From positions 14,238-78,237 of the forward strand of contig CAYLPJ010000024.1 in the NCBI GenBank assembly GCA_964385465.1: a stretch of DNA of 64,000 nt, in the 5' to 3' direction. This DNA is from an uncultured Planctomycetaceae bacterium. GTDB taxonomy: Bacteria > Planctomycetota > Phycisphaerae > SM23-33. Both the position numbers and the translations under genes were made by a program. Under the pieces are notes generated by a model. That model saw nothing but the letters and a program-made list of their open reading frames with translations, was not told the DNA's origin and searched no databases. The stretch's first letter is position 1. Each line of letters starts with the position of its first letter. Below are positions 18,935 to 29,136 of this stretch, piece after piece.

Positions 18935-20975
18935 GCACCCGCGAGTCGTAGGCGGCCAGGTCGATGCGGCCGGTGAGGGTCTCGCCGGTGAGCATGTCGG
19001 CCAGCTCGGCGGCGCCGAGGTCTACGGTCCTGTCCTCGGGCTTGAAGTTCAGCAGGAAGACGTAGTCCGTCTCGCCGTCGGTGCGGAGCTGGGCGGCGAC
19101 GCCCTCGGGCAGGTCGGCCTCGAGCACGCGGGGCAGGGCCAGCTCGCCGATCAGCCTCCCGTAGAAGTCGTCGAGGAACGGCGGGTCGTTGCGGCTGGCG
19201 ACGTAGTACGCCCGTCCGTCGCCGACGGCGTTGACCGTCAGCGCGGGCCGGCCGGCGTAGAAGTCCTCGGCGTAGGTGGCGAGCACCTCGGCGGACTCGG
19301 CGTGGATGAGGTCGCAGAAGACCCTCGCGGTGTACTCCCTGGTGAGTTCCAGCGGGTTGCCCTCGACGGGGATCACGCGGTTGGCCTCGCCGTCGTGGAG
19401 GACGTCCAGCTCCTCGGCCCAGATGCCCAGCAGCCCCCGCAGCGGGCCCGGGAAGCCCCCGCGGAAGACCAGGTCGTGCTCGTCGGCGATGCCCGTCCAG
19501 TACGTCGTCACCAGCACGCCACCGCCGCGGACGAACGCCTCCAGCCGATCGGCGACCCCCGGGCGGATCATGTACAGCATCGGAGCGATCAGCAGCCGGT
19601 AGGAGGAGAAGTCGCAGTCCATCTCGATCACGTCGGCGGGAACCGACCGCTGCCACAGCGCCCGGTAGTGGCCCACGCAGGTGGGCTCGTAGTCGCGCCC
19701 GTCGCGGCGGGGGCCGGCGGCGTTGTCGATGGCCCAGCGGTTCTCCCAGTCGTAGATGACGGCCGACTTCGGGCGGACGGTCGTGCCGACGACGTCGTCG
19801 AGTCTGCCCAGCACGCGCCCGACGTCGGCGACGTCCTGGAACACGCGGGTGTTCTCGTGCCCGCAGTGATCGACGACCGCGCCGTGGAACTTCTCGGCCC
19901 CGCCGCGGCTCTTGCGCCACTGGAAGTACTGGACCGTGTCCGAGCCGTGAGCGACGGCCTGGAGGCTCATCAGCCGGTGCAGCCGCGGGCGCTTCAGCTT
20001 GCCCACCGGGAACCAGTTCGTGCTGCTGGGGGTGGATTCCATCATCGCGAACGGCTTGCCCGCCTTCATCGTCCGGTAGATGTCGTGGACGAAGCCGACC
20101 TGCACGGCTGCCTTCCAGTCGTCCGCCCGCCCGTGAAGCTGCGGGTAGCTGTCCCAGGAGACCACGTCGAGGTGCTCGAGGAAGCGCCAGTAGTTCAGTC
20201 CGGTATAGGTTCCCATGAAGTTGGTGGTGATCGGCACGTCGGGGGCGAGGCGCTGGAGGGGCATGGCCTCGTTGAGCATGAAGGAGATGGTCTGGTCGGT
20301 GACGAATCGCTGCCAGTCGAGCGTGAGCCCGTGGACGGCGGTCTCGGTCAGCGGCCCCGGCGACTCGATCTGGCTGAAGTCGGTGTACGTGTGGACCCAG
20401 AAGGCGGTCCACCATGCGTGGTTGAGCTCGTCGAGCGAGTCGTAGCGCTGCTCCAGCCAGTTGCGGAAGGCGACCTGGCAGCGGTCGCAGTGGCAGGCCC
20501 CGCCGTACTCGTTGGACAGGTGCCACATCAGCAGGGCCGGGTGCTCGGCGTACCGCTCGGCCAGGAGGTCGGAGAGGATGGCGCACTTCTCCCGCAGCAG
20601 CAGGGAGCTGAGGCAGTAGTTCACCCGCCCGCCGTGGCGGCGGCGGATGCGGTCGGGGCCCACGCGCATCACCTCCGGGTACTTCGACGACAGCCACGCC
20701 GGGTGCGAGGCGCTCGGGGTGGCCAGCACGGCGTACGCGTTGTTCTCGGCCAGGAGGTCCATTACCCGGTCGAGCCAGTCGAAATCGAACCGCCCCTCGG
20801 AGCCCTCCAGGTGCACCCAGGAGAAGATGCCCACGCTCATGGCGTTGCAGCCGGCGAGTTTCATCAGGCGGATGTCCTCGCCCCAGATCTCCTCGGGCCA
20901 CTGCTCGGGGTTGTAGTCTCCCCCGTGCAGCATGTGCGGACACTTCGGATGAATCGGCGGATAGCGATCTGTCAC
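18915..20975 (-). CDS. Beta-galactosidase, GH42 family
   Basis: HGGDYNPEQW, WHLSNEY (acid/base), CHCDRC, MMESTP (nucleophile) and GAEKFHG motifs; GTG start with AGGAG SD. Confidence 0.93.
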   Translation of the reverse strand: MTDRYPPIHPKCPHMLHGGDYNPEQWPEEIWGEDIRLMKLAGCNAMSVGIFSWVHLEGSEGRFDFDWLDRVMDLLAENNAYAVLATPSASHPAWLSSKYPEVMRVGPDRIRRRHGGRVNYCLSSLLLREKCAILSDLLAERYAEHPALLMWHLSNEYGGACHCDRCQVAFRNWLEQRYDSLDELNHAWWTAFWVHTYTDFSQIESPGPLTETAVHGLTLDWQRFVTDQTISFMLNEAMPLQRLAPDVPITTNFMGTYTGLNYWRFLEHLDVVSWDSYPQLHGRADDWKAAVQVGFVHDIYRTMKAGKPFAMMESTPSSTNWFPVGKLKRPRLHRLMSLQAVAHGSDTVQYFQWRKSRGGAEKFHGAVVDHCGHENTRVFQDVADVGRVLGRLDDVVGTTVRPKSAVIYDWENRWAIDNAAGPRRDGRDYEPTCVGHYRALWQRSVPADVIEMDCDFSSYRLLIAPMLYMIRPGVADRLEAFVRGGGVLVTTYWTGIADEHDLVFRGGFPGPLRGLLGIWAEELDVLHDGEANRVIPVEGNPLELTREYTARVFCDLIHAESAEVLATYAEDFYAGRPALTVNAVGDGRAYYVASRNDPPFLDDFYGRLIGELALPRVLEADLPEGVAAQLRTDGETDYVFLLNFKPEDRTVDLGAAELADMLTGETLTGRIDLAAYDSRVLKRPAQ

Positions 20976-21106
20976 GGCATCTCTCCTGCGGACAGCGGAC
21001 GCGGACGGTCTCTCCACATCATCCATCGGCCACGTCTACCCGCTGACGCCAGCGAACGCAATCGCCGGAGCCACAGGTCCCGGCGGGGGCACGCTGCGGC
21101 CGGCCG

Positions 21107-23242
21107 CTACCGGCCACGCCTGCCCGCCCGCTGCCACGCCTCCGGGGGCAGGGCGCGGCGGTGTTCGTCCACGAACAGGCCGATCTTCTCGAACGGGATC
21201 GGCTCCATCCCGGGGATCTTCTTCGCCACGGCCGAGGGGTTGCGGAAGCGGAAGTTCAGCCGCCGGGGCGCGACGAACAGGCCGGCGGCGTTGGCGAGCG
21301 TGACGTTGCGGGCGATCTCCGTGAGGGCGTAGTGCTCGTCCTTGCCGCTGATGTTCACGGCCTTGCCGCACGCCAAGAGCAGGTTGCCCTCGATCACCGT
21401 GCCGGTCGGCCAGTCCGGGTGGTAGCCTGGGTCGAGGAGCCTGGCCACCGCCGGGTACCGCGTGGACCACGGCGGGGCCTCGGGACGGACGCGTTTGACC
21501 TGCCCGACCAGCCTCTCGTGCCGGAGGTTGTAGCCGCGCGACACGCCCCGGCTGTCGATGTGCACGCCGCGCTCGCAGGCGATCGACACGTTCCCGCGGA
21601 CGATGTTGTCGTGTCCGCCGCCGACGAACGGCCCGCACCGCATCCTGTAAAATACGTTGCCGACCACCGTGTCCCCGCTGTCGCCGTCGTCCATGTACAC
21701 CCCCTCGGCCTCGGGGCTGTGGTGGAAGAAGTTGTGGCGCACCACGTTGCCCCGGCTCGTCCAGTCGTGCCACGTGTAGAACGCCCCGACGTCGTGGCTG
21801 TCCATCGCGACGTGGTGGACCTCGTTGCGTTCCAGCACGTTGTCGTTGCCCCCGTACAGCACGGCGGCATGGGGCAGCGTGTGCAGCAGGTTGTTCGCCA
21901 CCCGCAGGCCGACGCCCTCGACCCCGTAGCTGCCGACCTTGATCGCCGGGGCGTACGTCTTGACCACCTGCCCGACGTGGTGGATGTGGTTGTTCACCGC
22001 CTCGTGCCCGGCCGGGATGAGCTTCAGCCGGTCGCCGCCGCCCAGGACGATCCCGCCGGCCCCGAGGTCGTACAGGTCGCACGAGCGCACCGAATGCCCT
22101 CGCCCGCCGCGGACGACCGCCCCGTAGTCACCCATTCGCCGCAGCACGCAGCCGGCCAGGCGGACGGACCGCCCGCCGTCGATCCGCACGCCCTCGCCGA
22201 GGCCGTACTCGAACGTCAGGCCGCGGAAGGTCAGGTGGCTCGCGCCGCGGGCGTGCAGGAGCCGATCGGCGAAGTCGGCGAGGATGACCGCCCCGTCGGC
22301 CGGGGCCTCGCCCGCCGCGGCGTTTGGCGGCCAGAGGTACAGCGTGCCCGCACCGAAGCGGATGCACCACTCGCCGGGGCGGTCGATCTCGTCGAAGACG
22401 TTGATCGCGACGTAGTTCTCCTTGCCGTTGCCCACCCGGACGCCCTTGACGGTCTTGCTGTACTTCGACCCGATCCCTTCCTGCCTGCACGTTGCCAGGG
22501 CGATCGTCCGCCTGGACGGGTCGATCGCCGCGACGCGGATCTTGTCGGAGAACCAGGGCACGCGCCAGAAACCGTCCAGCCAGAGGCCCTCGGCGACGGC
22601 CTTGAGCCAGCGGTGCGGGCGGTCGCCGCGGTAGACGAACACCCCGCCCCGGGCGTCGGGGCCCTCGGCGACGCCGTTGTCCAGGACGGTCTTGATCGTC
22701 GTGTAGCCCTCGTTCGGCCAGCGGGCCAGGGGCAGGCGCTCGCCGCCGGCGTAGAGCTGCACCAGGTCGCCGCCGCCGCGGAAGAGGTCCTTCCACCGCT
22801 GGGCGTGGCGAACGCCGAGAGCGCGGAGGTCCAGCTCGAAGACCCGCCCCCTCGCCGCCGGGACCAGCCGCTCGAGCAGCGCCTCGTCGGTCACCGGCTT
22901 CCACGCCGCCGCCGGCACGGCCAGCCCGGCCGAGATGCGCACCTCGCCCTCGCCGAACCGCGCGTACGTCACCGGCGCATCGGCCGAGCCCCCGTCGCCT
23001 TCACCGAAGGTCAGCGTCTCGGTGATGCGGTAGACCCCAGGGCGAACCCGGACCGTCGCTCCGGCGCGGTCGCCGCGTTGACGAAGGAGGTCGCGGGCCC
23101 TGGCGAGCGTCGCCAGCGGTGCCTCGGCCGAGCCGTCGGCCCCGTCGTCGCCGTTCGGCGCGACATGCACCTCCACAGCCGCCACGGCGACGGCCGACGA
23201 AAAGCACAGAACCGCGGCTACGCGTCGAATTATACCAGTCAC
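21107..23242 (-). CDS. Secreted right-handed parallel beta-helix protein (putative polysaccharide-active enzyme)
   Basis: Signal peptide, HVAPNGDD..DGS..APLATL..A, LPLARWPN, EIDRPGEW, repeated NN.IHH strands and D.GAFY/GVYMDD. Confidence 0.8.
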   Translation of the reverse strand: MTGIIRRVAAVLCFSSAVAVAAVEVHVAPNGDDGADGSAEAPLATLARARDLLRQRGDRAGATVRVRPGVYRITETLTFGEGDGGSADAPVTYARFGEGEVRISAGLAVPAAAWKPVTDEALLERLVPAARGRVFELDLRALGVRHAQRWKDLFRGGGDLVQLYAGGERLPLARWPNEGYTTIKTVLDNGVAEGPDARGGVFVYRGDRPHRWLKAVAEGLWLDGFWRVPWFSDKIRVAAIDPSRRTIALATCRQEGIGSKYSKTVKGVRVGNGKENYVAINVFDEIDRPGEWCIRFGAGTLYLWPPNAAAGEAPADGAVILADFADRLLHARGASHLTFRGLTFEYGLGEGVRIDGGRSVRLAGCVLRRMGDYGAVVRGGRGHSVRSCDLYDLGAGGIVLGGGDRLKLIPAGHEAVNNHIHHVGQVVKTYAPAIKVGSYGVEGVGLRVANNLLHTLPHAAVLYGGNDNVLERNEVHHVAMDSHDVGAFYTWHDWTSRGNVVRHNFFHHSPEAEGVYMDDGDSGDTVVGNVFYRMRCGPFVGGGHDNIVRGNVSIACERGVHIDSRGVSRGYNLRHERLVGQVKRVRPEAPPWSTRYPAVARLLDPGYHPDWPTGTVIEGNLLLACGKAVNISGKDEHYALTEIARNVTLANAAGLFVAPRRLNFRFRNPSAVAKKIPGMEPIPFEKIGLFVDEHRRALPPEAWQRAGRRGR

Positions 23243-23402
23243 CACACACCTCCGGTCCTGCGACGGCCGATCCGCGGGTGGAGCGGGCCTGGTCCTCCCG
23301 CGGTTGTCCTCGGCGATCGGCCGACACTTCCGCCGTGGCATCATCTCCGCGGGCAAAGCCTTCGCTCCCGGTGTCCCGCGGCCCGGTCGGGGCGTTTCGT
23401 CC

Positions 23403-23563
23403 AAGCGTTCTCAGACAAGTTGGGTCGCGTCCCTGCTGGTCCCCGGCCCGCCCGGCCGCGTTGGCCTGCATCGGCGATGCCACGGCATCGCCTGCTTCGG
23501 CCGCCTTGCCAGAGGAGCCGCGTCCGGCGCAGGAACCGCAACGAACGTATCGGAAACCGCTTA
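23403..23563. repeat. Palindromic MITE/REP-like element, copy 2 (inverted relative to copy 1)
   Basis: Its reverse complement matches 1890-2015 almost exactly (gatacgttcgttgcggttcctgcgccggacgcggctcctctggcaaggcggccgaagcaggcgatgcc...). Confidence 0.85.
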
Positions 23564-23705
23564 GTGCTCCAGTTCTCTAACGGTCTCGCCATCGGGCAGT
23601 TCCGGCCCGGGGGCTCGGGGCTTGACCGCATGCCGGCGCCGGCGACAATGACGCCATGCACCCAAGCGGTGCCGCCGGAAGAGCAAGAGCAGGAAGGTCG
23701 GATTC

Positions 23706-24728
23706 ATGAACGTGCCCGAGCTTGCCGAGGCCGGGAAGGTCGCCGTCTCCGGGGGGTGTGAGGTCCACGGGGAAATGGAACTGTCCTTTGCCCCGGCTCC
23801 GGACGGCGTGGCCATGCAGGTCAGGAACGAGCAGTGGCTCTACGACCTGGCCTCGCGTCCTCTGCCGGGCTTCGCCGCGACGTTGTCCCACCCGGAGGCC
23901 GGGACGTTCTTCGCCGGGCTCAGGGAGGCCGTCGAGGCCGCGCGCGGCCGTACGGGAACGTTCAGCACCCGCCAGGCCGTCGTCGCCGTTCACCTGCCGC
24001 TGGCCGACGGGATCCTCGACGCGGACCTGCGGGAGGATACTGTCGGCGAGGCCATCGAGCCGATCCTCGATAGGATCGACGCCTTCGCCCGCGCCCACGC
24101 GCCCTCGCGGGACGGGCGGCCGACAACCGGGGCCGGCAGCCCGCCGGAGAACGCCACGGCCCGGCTGCTGGGCGGCCGGGACGAGCGGAGCCGGGCCGCG
24201 GTGGAGGTGTCGCAGGGCCATGCGCTGCACGGCGCCACGGAGGCGATCGTCTGCGGCGGGGGCCCGGCCGCGGTGCGCCTGGTACGCCCCGCCGGGCGGT
24301 CTGCGGGCGGCCCGGGCGAGACGCGCTACGTGCTGGACCTGTCGGGCGAGCAGATCGCGAGCGTCTTCGACGCCTTGATCGCCGCGGACGTCGCGGCGCT
24401 GCCGCTTCCCGCCGAGCCCGCACGTCCGGGCCGGCCGGATGAGAGCCTGTGCGTGCTGGCGGTTCACGGGGCCGGCGGGGACGGTTTGAGCATCGGTGTC
24501 TGGGCCGATGATACCCCGCCGCCGGACGTCTACGCCAGCCACCCGCGCAAGGCCTTCGACGACGCCTGCCTTGCCGTCCGGCGCGTCGTGCTGGCCGCGG
24601 CAGACGGCGCCCGGCCGGTCTACAGCGGCCCTCAGGACCGGCCCGGCTGGGATGCGCTCCGCGCGGCGCTGCTGCCCGGCTGCCTCCGCCTGCAAAAACC
24701 CCTTGACCGCCGGAGGGGGCGGCAGTAG
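23706..24728 (+). CDS. Hypothetical protein
   Basis: 340 aa ORF with GC3-rich codons and a GGAAGG SD; no recognised motif. Confidence 0.55.
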   Translation: MNVPELAEAGKVAVSGGCEVHGEMELSFAPAPDGVAMQVRNEQWLYDLASRPLPGFAATLSHPEAGTFFAGLREAVEAARGRTGTFSTRQAVVAVHLPLADGILDADLREDTVGEAIEPILDRIDAFARAHAPSRDGRPTTGAGSPPENATARLLGGRDERSRAAVEVSQGHALHGATEAIVCGGGPAAVRLVRPAGRSAGGPGETRYVLDLSGEQIASVFDALIAADVAALPLPAEPARPGRPDESLCVLAVHGAGGDGLSIGVWADDTPPPDVYASHPRKAFDDACLAVRRVVLAAADGARPVYSGPQDRPGWDALRAALLPGCLRLQKPLDRRRGRQ

Positions 24729-24785
24729 AAATGCCAGACTACCCGTGGGCGGGTAGGTTGTGCGCCGAGGGCGCAGGGCAGGACC

Positions 24786-25892
24786 ATGACAGAGAACCAG
24801 GGCCGCGAGGCCCCTTCCGTCGAGGAACTTTCGCAGTTGCGCAAGCGGATCGACGATCTGGACCGCCGGATCGTCGAGTTGCTCAATGCGCGCGCGGAGG
24901 TGGTGATCGAGGTGGGCAAGGCCAAGAAGGCCGACGGCACGCCGATCTACGCCCCCGACCGCGAGTCGGCCGTGCTGAAGCGCCTCGGGGAGCTGAACGA
25001 CGGGCCGCTGCCGCAGTCGACGCTGCGGGCGATCTACCGCGAGTTGATGAGCGGCTCGTTCGTGCTGGAGAAGCCGCTTCGGATCGGCTACCTCGGGCCC
25101 AAGGGCACGTTCTCGCACCTGGCGGCGCAGCGGAAGTTCGGCTCGTCGGTGGAGTACCGTCCGCTGGCGGACATCCGGGCAGTCTTCGACGAGGTCGCCC
25201 GGGGGCATTGCGACCTCGGCGTCGTGCCGATCGAAAACTCCTCCGGCGGCGGCGTTGTGGACACGATGGACTGCTTCATCGAGGCCCACACCTTCATCTG
25301 CGGCGAGCTGCTCGTGCACATCCACCACAACCTGCTGGCCAACTGCTCGCCGGAGAATGTCACCGCGGTGGCCTCCAAGCCGGAGATCTTCGCCCAGTGC
25401 CGCAACTGGCTGTCCACCAGCCTCCAGCAGGTCGAGCAGGTGCCCGTCGCCAGCTCCAGCCGGGCCGCGGAGATGGCCACCGAGCGCGAGGGCCTGGCGG
25501 CGATCGGGTCGGAGTTGGCGGCCGAACTGTACGACCTCAAGGTCGTCTTCGCCAACATCGAGGACAACCCCAACAACATGACGCGTTTTTTCATCATCGC
25601 CCGCCAGCCGGCCCGGCGGACCGGCAACGACAAGACGGCGTTGATGTTCTCGACCTCTCACCGGGCCGGGGCGCTGGTGGACGTGCTGAACGTCTTCTCG
25701 CGGAACGGCATCAACCTGACGAATATCGACTCGCGCCCCAGTCGGCGGCGGAACTGGGAGTACTTCTTCTTCGTCGACGCCGAGGGGCATTTCGAGGACC
25801 CCAACTTCGCCGAGGCCATCGAGGAGGCCCGCGGGCACTGCGGCGAGCTGCACGTGCTGGGCAGCTTCCCCCGAGCCACCGAGCCGATCTGA
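24786..25892 (+). CDS. pheA: Chorismate mutase/prephenate dehydratase
   Basis: LRKRIDDLD..IV.LLN.R, YLGPKGTFS, VPIENS, NMTRF and ACT domain GINLTNIDSRP. Confidence 0.95.
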   Translation: MTENQGREAPSVEELSQLRKRIDDLDRRIVELLNARAEVVIEVGKAKKADGTPIYAPDRESAVLKRLGELNDGPLPQSTLRAIYRELMSGSFVLEKPLRIGYLGPKGTFSHLAAQRKFGSSVEYRPLADIRAVFDEVARGHCDLGVVPIENSSGGGVVDTMDCFIEAHTFICGELLVHIHHNLLANCSPENVTAVASKPEIFAQCRNWLSTSLQQVEQVPVASSSRAAEMATEREGLAAIGSELAAELYDLKVVFANIEDNPNNMTRFFIIARQPARRTGNDKTALMFSTSHRAGALVDVLNVFSRNGINLTNIDSRPSRRRNWEYFFFVDAEGHFEDPNFAEAIEEARGHCGELHVLGSFPRATEPI

Positions 25893-25968
25893 TCGGCCCC
25901 GGGCCCGAGACCGCGACAACCCCGAACGCAGCGCGAAGTGCCCGCCGGCGCCTCGCCAGGAGCAAACC

Positions 25969-26739
25969 ATGAGCAGGAAGCTGTTTATCGCCGGAAACTG
26001 GAAAATGAACGGCTCGCACGAGAGCAACACCGCCCTCGCCGCCGGCCTGGCAGAAAAGATCGGCTCGGTCGAGCAGGTCGACCTCGGCGTGGCCCCGCCG
26101 GCGGTGTACCTCGCGGCCGTGGGCGAGAAGCTCGCGGGGACGAACATCGCCCTGATGGCCCAGAACATGTTCCACGAGGACAACGGCGCGTACACCGGCG
26201 AGCTGTCCGGCGAGATGGTCAAGGACGTCGGCTGCACCGTGGTGATCCTGGGCCACAGCGAGCGGCGCCACGTGATCGGCGAGTCGGACGAACTGACCAA
26301 CCGCAAGGTGGTCAAGGCCCTCGGGGACGGGCTGGACGTGATCCTCTGCGTGGGCGAGCTGCTGGAGGAGCGCGAGGCCGAGAAGACCAAGGACGTCGTC
26401 ACCCGCCAGGTCCGGGTGGGGCTCGAGGGCGTCTCGAAGGAGGCGATGGCCAGCCTGACGGTCGCCTACGAGCCGGTGTGGGCGATCGGCACGGGCAAGA
26501 CGGCCACGCCCGAGCAGGCCCAGGATGTCCACGCGATGATTCGCGGGCTGCTGGCCGGGCTGTACGACGAGGCCACCGCAGCCGCCACGCGAATCCAGTA
26601 CGGCGGGTCCGTCAAGCCCGGCAATGCCGCGGACCTGCTGGCCCGGCCTGACATCGACGGCGCCCTCGTCGGCGGCGCCAGCCTCAAGGTGGACGACTTC
26701 GCCGCGATCGTGCAGGCGGGCGTCGAGCAGAGCAAATAG
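25969..26739 (+). CDS. tpiA: Triosephosphate isomerase
   Basis: AGNWKMN, GHSERR, AYEPVWAIGTG and YGGSV motifs. Confidence 0.98.
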   Translation: MSRKLFIAGNWKMNGSHESNTALAAGLAEKIGSVEQVDLGVAPPAVYLAAVGEKLAGTNIALMAQNMFHEDNGAYTGELSGEMVKDVGCTVVILGHSERRHVIGESDELTNRKVVKALGDGLDVILCVGELLEEREAEKTKDVVTRQVRVGLEGVSKEAMASLTVAYEPVWAIGTGKTATPEQAQDVHAMIRGLLAGLYDEATAAATRIQYGGSVKPGNAADLLARPDIDGALVGGASLKVDDFAAIVQAGVEQSK

Positions 26740-26780
26740 ACCCGGCGGCAGCGCCGGCCCGGACGAGTGGAGAAAGGCGA

Positions 26781-27389
26781 ATGGGTTTTCTGGATATCTT
26801 CCTGGGTATGCTGTTCCTCCTGATCTGCGTGCTGCTGATCGTGGTCGTGCTGCTCCAGAAGGGGCGCGGCGGCGGTCTCGGGGCGGCCTTCGGCGGCGGC
26901 GGGTCCAGCGCGTTCGGCACGCGGACAGGCGACGTGTTCACCTGGGTGACCATTGTGCTGACCGGGCTGTTCCTGCTGCTGGCGGTGGGCACGAGCCTGG
27001 TCTTCCGCCCCGACGCCGGGACGGTCTTCGCGCCGCAGTTCGTCCCCGAGCCCACCCCGATCGCCGAGCCGACGTCCGTGACGCTCCGCTGCGCCACCCC
27101 CGGCGCCAGCATCCGGTTCACGCTGGACGGCTCGGCGCCCGGCAAGCAGGCGAACCTGTACGACCGCCCGATCACGATCGAGCCGGGCTCGGTCATCAAG
27201 GCCCGCGCGTACCGCGGCAAGTGGGAGCCCTCGGACGTGGCCACCGCGGAGTACCCCGTCGCCGACGCCAACAGCGCCCCCCCCGTGCCGGGCACCGACG
27301 ACCGCGGCGCCCTGAGCGCGCCGCCGACGCCGGCGCCCCCGACGGCCACCCAGCCGGGCGCGACCACCGCGCCCGCGGCGGGAGAGTGA
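26781..27389 (+). CDS. secG: Preprotein translocase SecG with C-terminal Fn3-associated/CHB_HEX_C-like domain
   Basis: VLLQKGRGGGLGAAFGG..FGTRTGD between two TMs, followed by APQF.P...VTL.CATPGASIRFTLDGS.P.....LY..PITI....IKARA. Confidence 0.88.
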   Translation: MGFLDIFLGMLFLLICVLLIVVVLLQKGRGGGLGAAFGGGGSSAFGTRTGDVFTWVTIVLTGLFLLLAVGTSLVFRPDAGTVFAPQFVPEPTPIAEPTSVTLRCATPGASIRFTLDGSAPGKQANLYDRPITIEPGSVIKARAYRGKWEPSDVATAEYPVADANSAPPVPGTDDRGALSAPPTPAPPTATQPGATTAPAAGE

Positions 27390-27390
27390 C

Positions 27391-28272
27391 ATGCTCCGCT
27401 CGATGACCGGCTTCGGTGCGGCGGCCGGGCAGGTCGAGGGCGTCCAGTACGCCATCGAGGTCCGCACCGTCAACAACCGCTACCTCAAGACCACCGTCAA
27501 GCTGCCGGAGGCCCTTTCGGCCCTCGAGGCCGAGGTCGACAAGCTGATCCGTGCCAAGGTCCAGCGGGGCACGGTGACGCTTTCTGCCCAGATGCGCCTG
27601 CCCGGCGAGCGGGCGGCAGGGCGGATCAACACCGACGTGATGGCTGCCTACCTGGAGCAGCTCAAGCCGGCGGAAGTCGAAGGGAACCCGATGTTCCGGG
27701 TGGATCTGGCCTCGATCCTGGAACTGCCCGGCGTCTGCGAGCCCCCGGACCTCGGCGACCTTATCGACGCCACCCACGACGGCTTCCTGGCCCTCGTCGA
27801 CAAGGCGCTGACGCACCTGGTCTCGATGCGGACCCGCGACGGCGAGGCCGTCCAGGCCGACCTGCTGACCAACTGCGGCGTGATCGAGGACCGCCTCGCC
27901 GCCGTCTCCGAGATCGCCCCGCAGGTCGTTCGCGACTACCAGGACCGGCTGACCCAGCGCGTCGAGGAACTGCTCTCCGGCGGCAAGGCGGAGATCGACG
28001 CCGACCATCTCGCCCGCGAGGTGGCCGTGTTCGCCGAACGCTGCGACATCGCCGAGGAGATCAGCCGCCTGACTGCCCACGTCGAGCAGTTCCGCCAGGC
28101 CCTGCCCGCCGAGGAGGCCACCGGGCGCAAGCTGGATTTCATCGCCCAGGAAATGCTCCGCGAGGCCAACACCATCGCGTCGAAGGGCAACAACAGCGAG
28201 ATCGGCCGGGCCGTCGTGGAGATCAAGACCGCCATCGACCGCATCAAGGAACAGGTGCAGAACGTCGAGTAG
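27391..28272 (+). CDS. yicC: YicC/YloC family endoribonuclease
   Basis: MLRSMTGFG, EVRTVNNRYL, DIAEEISRL and GRKLDFIAQEM.REANTIASK motifs. Confidence 0.93.
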   Translation: MLRSMTGFGAAAGQVEGVQYAIEVRTVNNRYLKTTVKLPEALSALEAEVDKLIRAKVQRGTVTLSAQMRLPGERAAGRINTDVMAAYLEQLKPAEVEGNPMFRVDLASILELPGVCEPPDLGDLIDATHDGFLALVDKALTHLVSMRTRDGEAVQADLLTNCGVIEDRLAAVSEIAPQVVRDYQDRLTQRVEELLSGGKAEIDADHLAREVAVFAERCDIAEEISRLTAHVEQFRQALPAEEATGRKLDFIAQEMLREANTIASKGNNSEIGRAVVEIKTAIDRIKEQVQNVE

Positions 28273-28317
28273 CCCTGCCGGGGCCCAACCGGCGGCTCGC
28301 CGCCGGGACTGACGAGA

Positions 28318-28890
28318 ATGAGTGTGGGCAAGCTGGTTGTCATCACGGGCCCGTCGGGCGTGGGCAAGAGCACGATCGTCCGCGAGGTGCTCGACCGGAC
28401 CGGCGCCGAGTACAGCATTTCGGCGACCACCAGGCCGCCGCGAGCCGGCGAGACGGACGGGCGCGATTACCGGTTCGTCTCCGGCGGCGAATTCGATCGG
28501 ATGATCGAGCGTGGCGAGCTGCTGGAGTGGGCCGAGGTGTTCGGGCACCGATACGGCACGCCGGCGGGGCCCATCCGCCGGGCCGTCGAGGCCGGGCGGA
28601 CCGTGATCCTGGAGATCGACGTCCAGGGCGGGCTCCAGGTCGCCCGGGCCATGCCCGAGGCCGAGTTTGTGCTGCTGCTGCCGCCCTCGCAGGAGGAGCT
28701 CGCTCGCCGCCTGCGGGACCGGGGCAGCGAGGACGAGGCCGCCGCCCGGAGGCGGCTGAACAAGGCCAACGAAGAGATTCGAACCGCGCTGGACAGCGGC
28801 GTCTATAATCACAAGGTCGTCAATGACAGCCTGGAGAAGGCGATAAAGGATGTGTCGGCCATCGTGAGCCGGCCGCAGGGAGAGCCATGA
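28318..28890 (+). CDS. gmk: Guanylate kinase
   Basis: GPSGVGKST, SATTRPPR.GE.DG.DY and LEIDVQG motifs. Confidence 0.97.
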   Translation: MSVGKLVVITGPSGVGKSTIVREVLDRTGAEYSISATTRPPRAGETDGRDYRFVSGGEFDRMIERGELLEWAEVFGHRYGTPAGPIRRAVEAGRTVILEIDVQGGLQVARAMPEAEFVLLLPPSQEELARRLRDRGSEDEAAARRRLNKANEEIRTALDSGVYNHKVVNDSLEKAIKDVSAIVSRPQGEP

Positions 28891-29117
28891 TCGAGGCACT
28901 GAAGAGCGAAGAGGTCGTGCACAAGGTCGGCGGGAAGTTCAAGCTCACCGCGCTGATTCAGAAGCGGATGCTGGAGCTGATGCAGGGCGCCAAGCCTCTC
29001 GTCGAGCGGACGCGTCGAATGACGGACATGGAGGTCGCCATCCAGGAGATCCTCGAGGAGAAGATCGGGATCGACTACGACAAGTCCGACGTGCTGACGC
29101 CGGACGAGCTCGGCTGA
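28887..29117 (+). CDS. rpoZ: RNA polymerase omega subunit
   Basis: 76 aa, KVGGKFKLTALIQKR..EL, overlaps the gmk stop; canonical gmk-rpoZ synteny. Confidence 0.88.
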   Translation: MIEALKSEEVVHKVGGKFKLTALIQKRMLELMQGAKPLVERTRRMTDMEVAIQEILEEKIGIDYDKSDVLTPDELG

Positions 29118-29136
29118 GGCGCCCGGCGGCGGAGAG

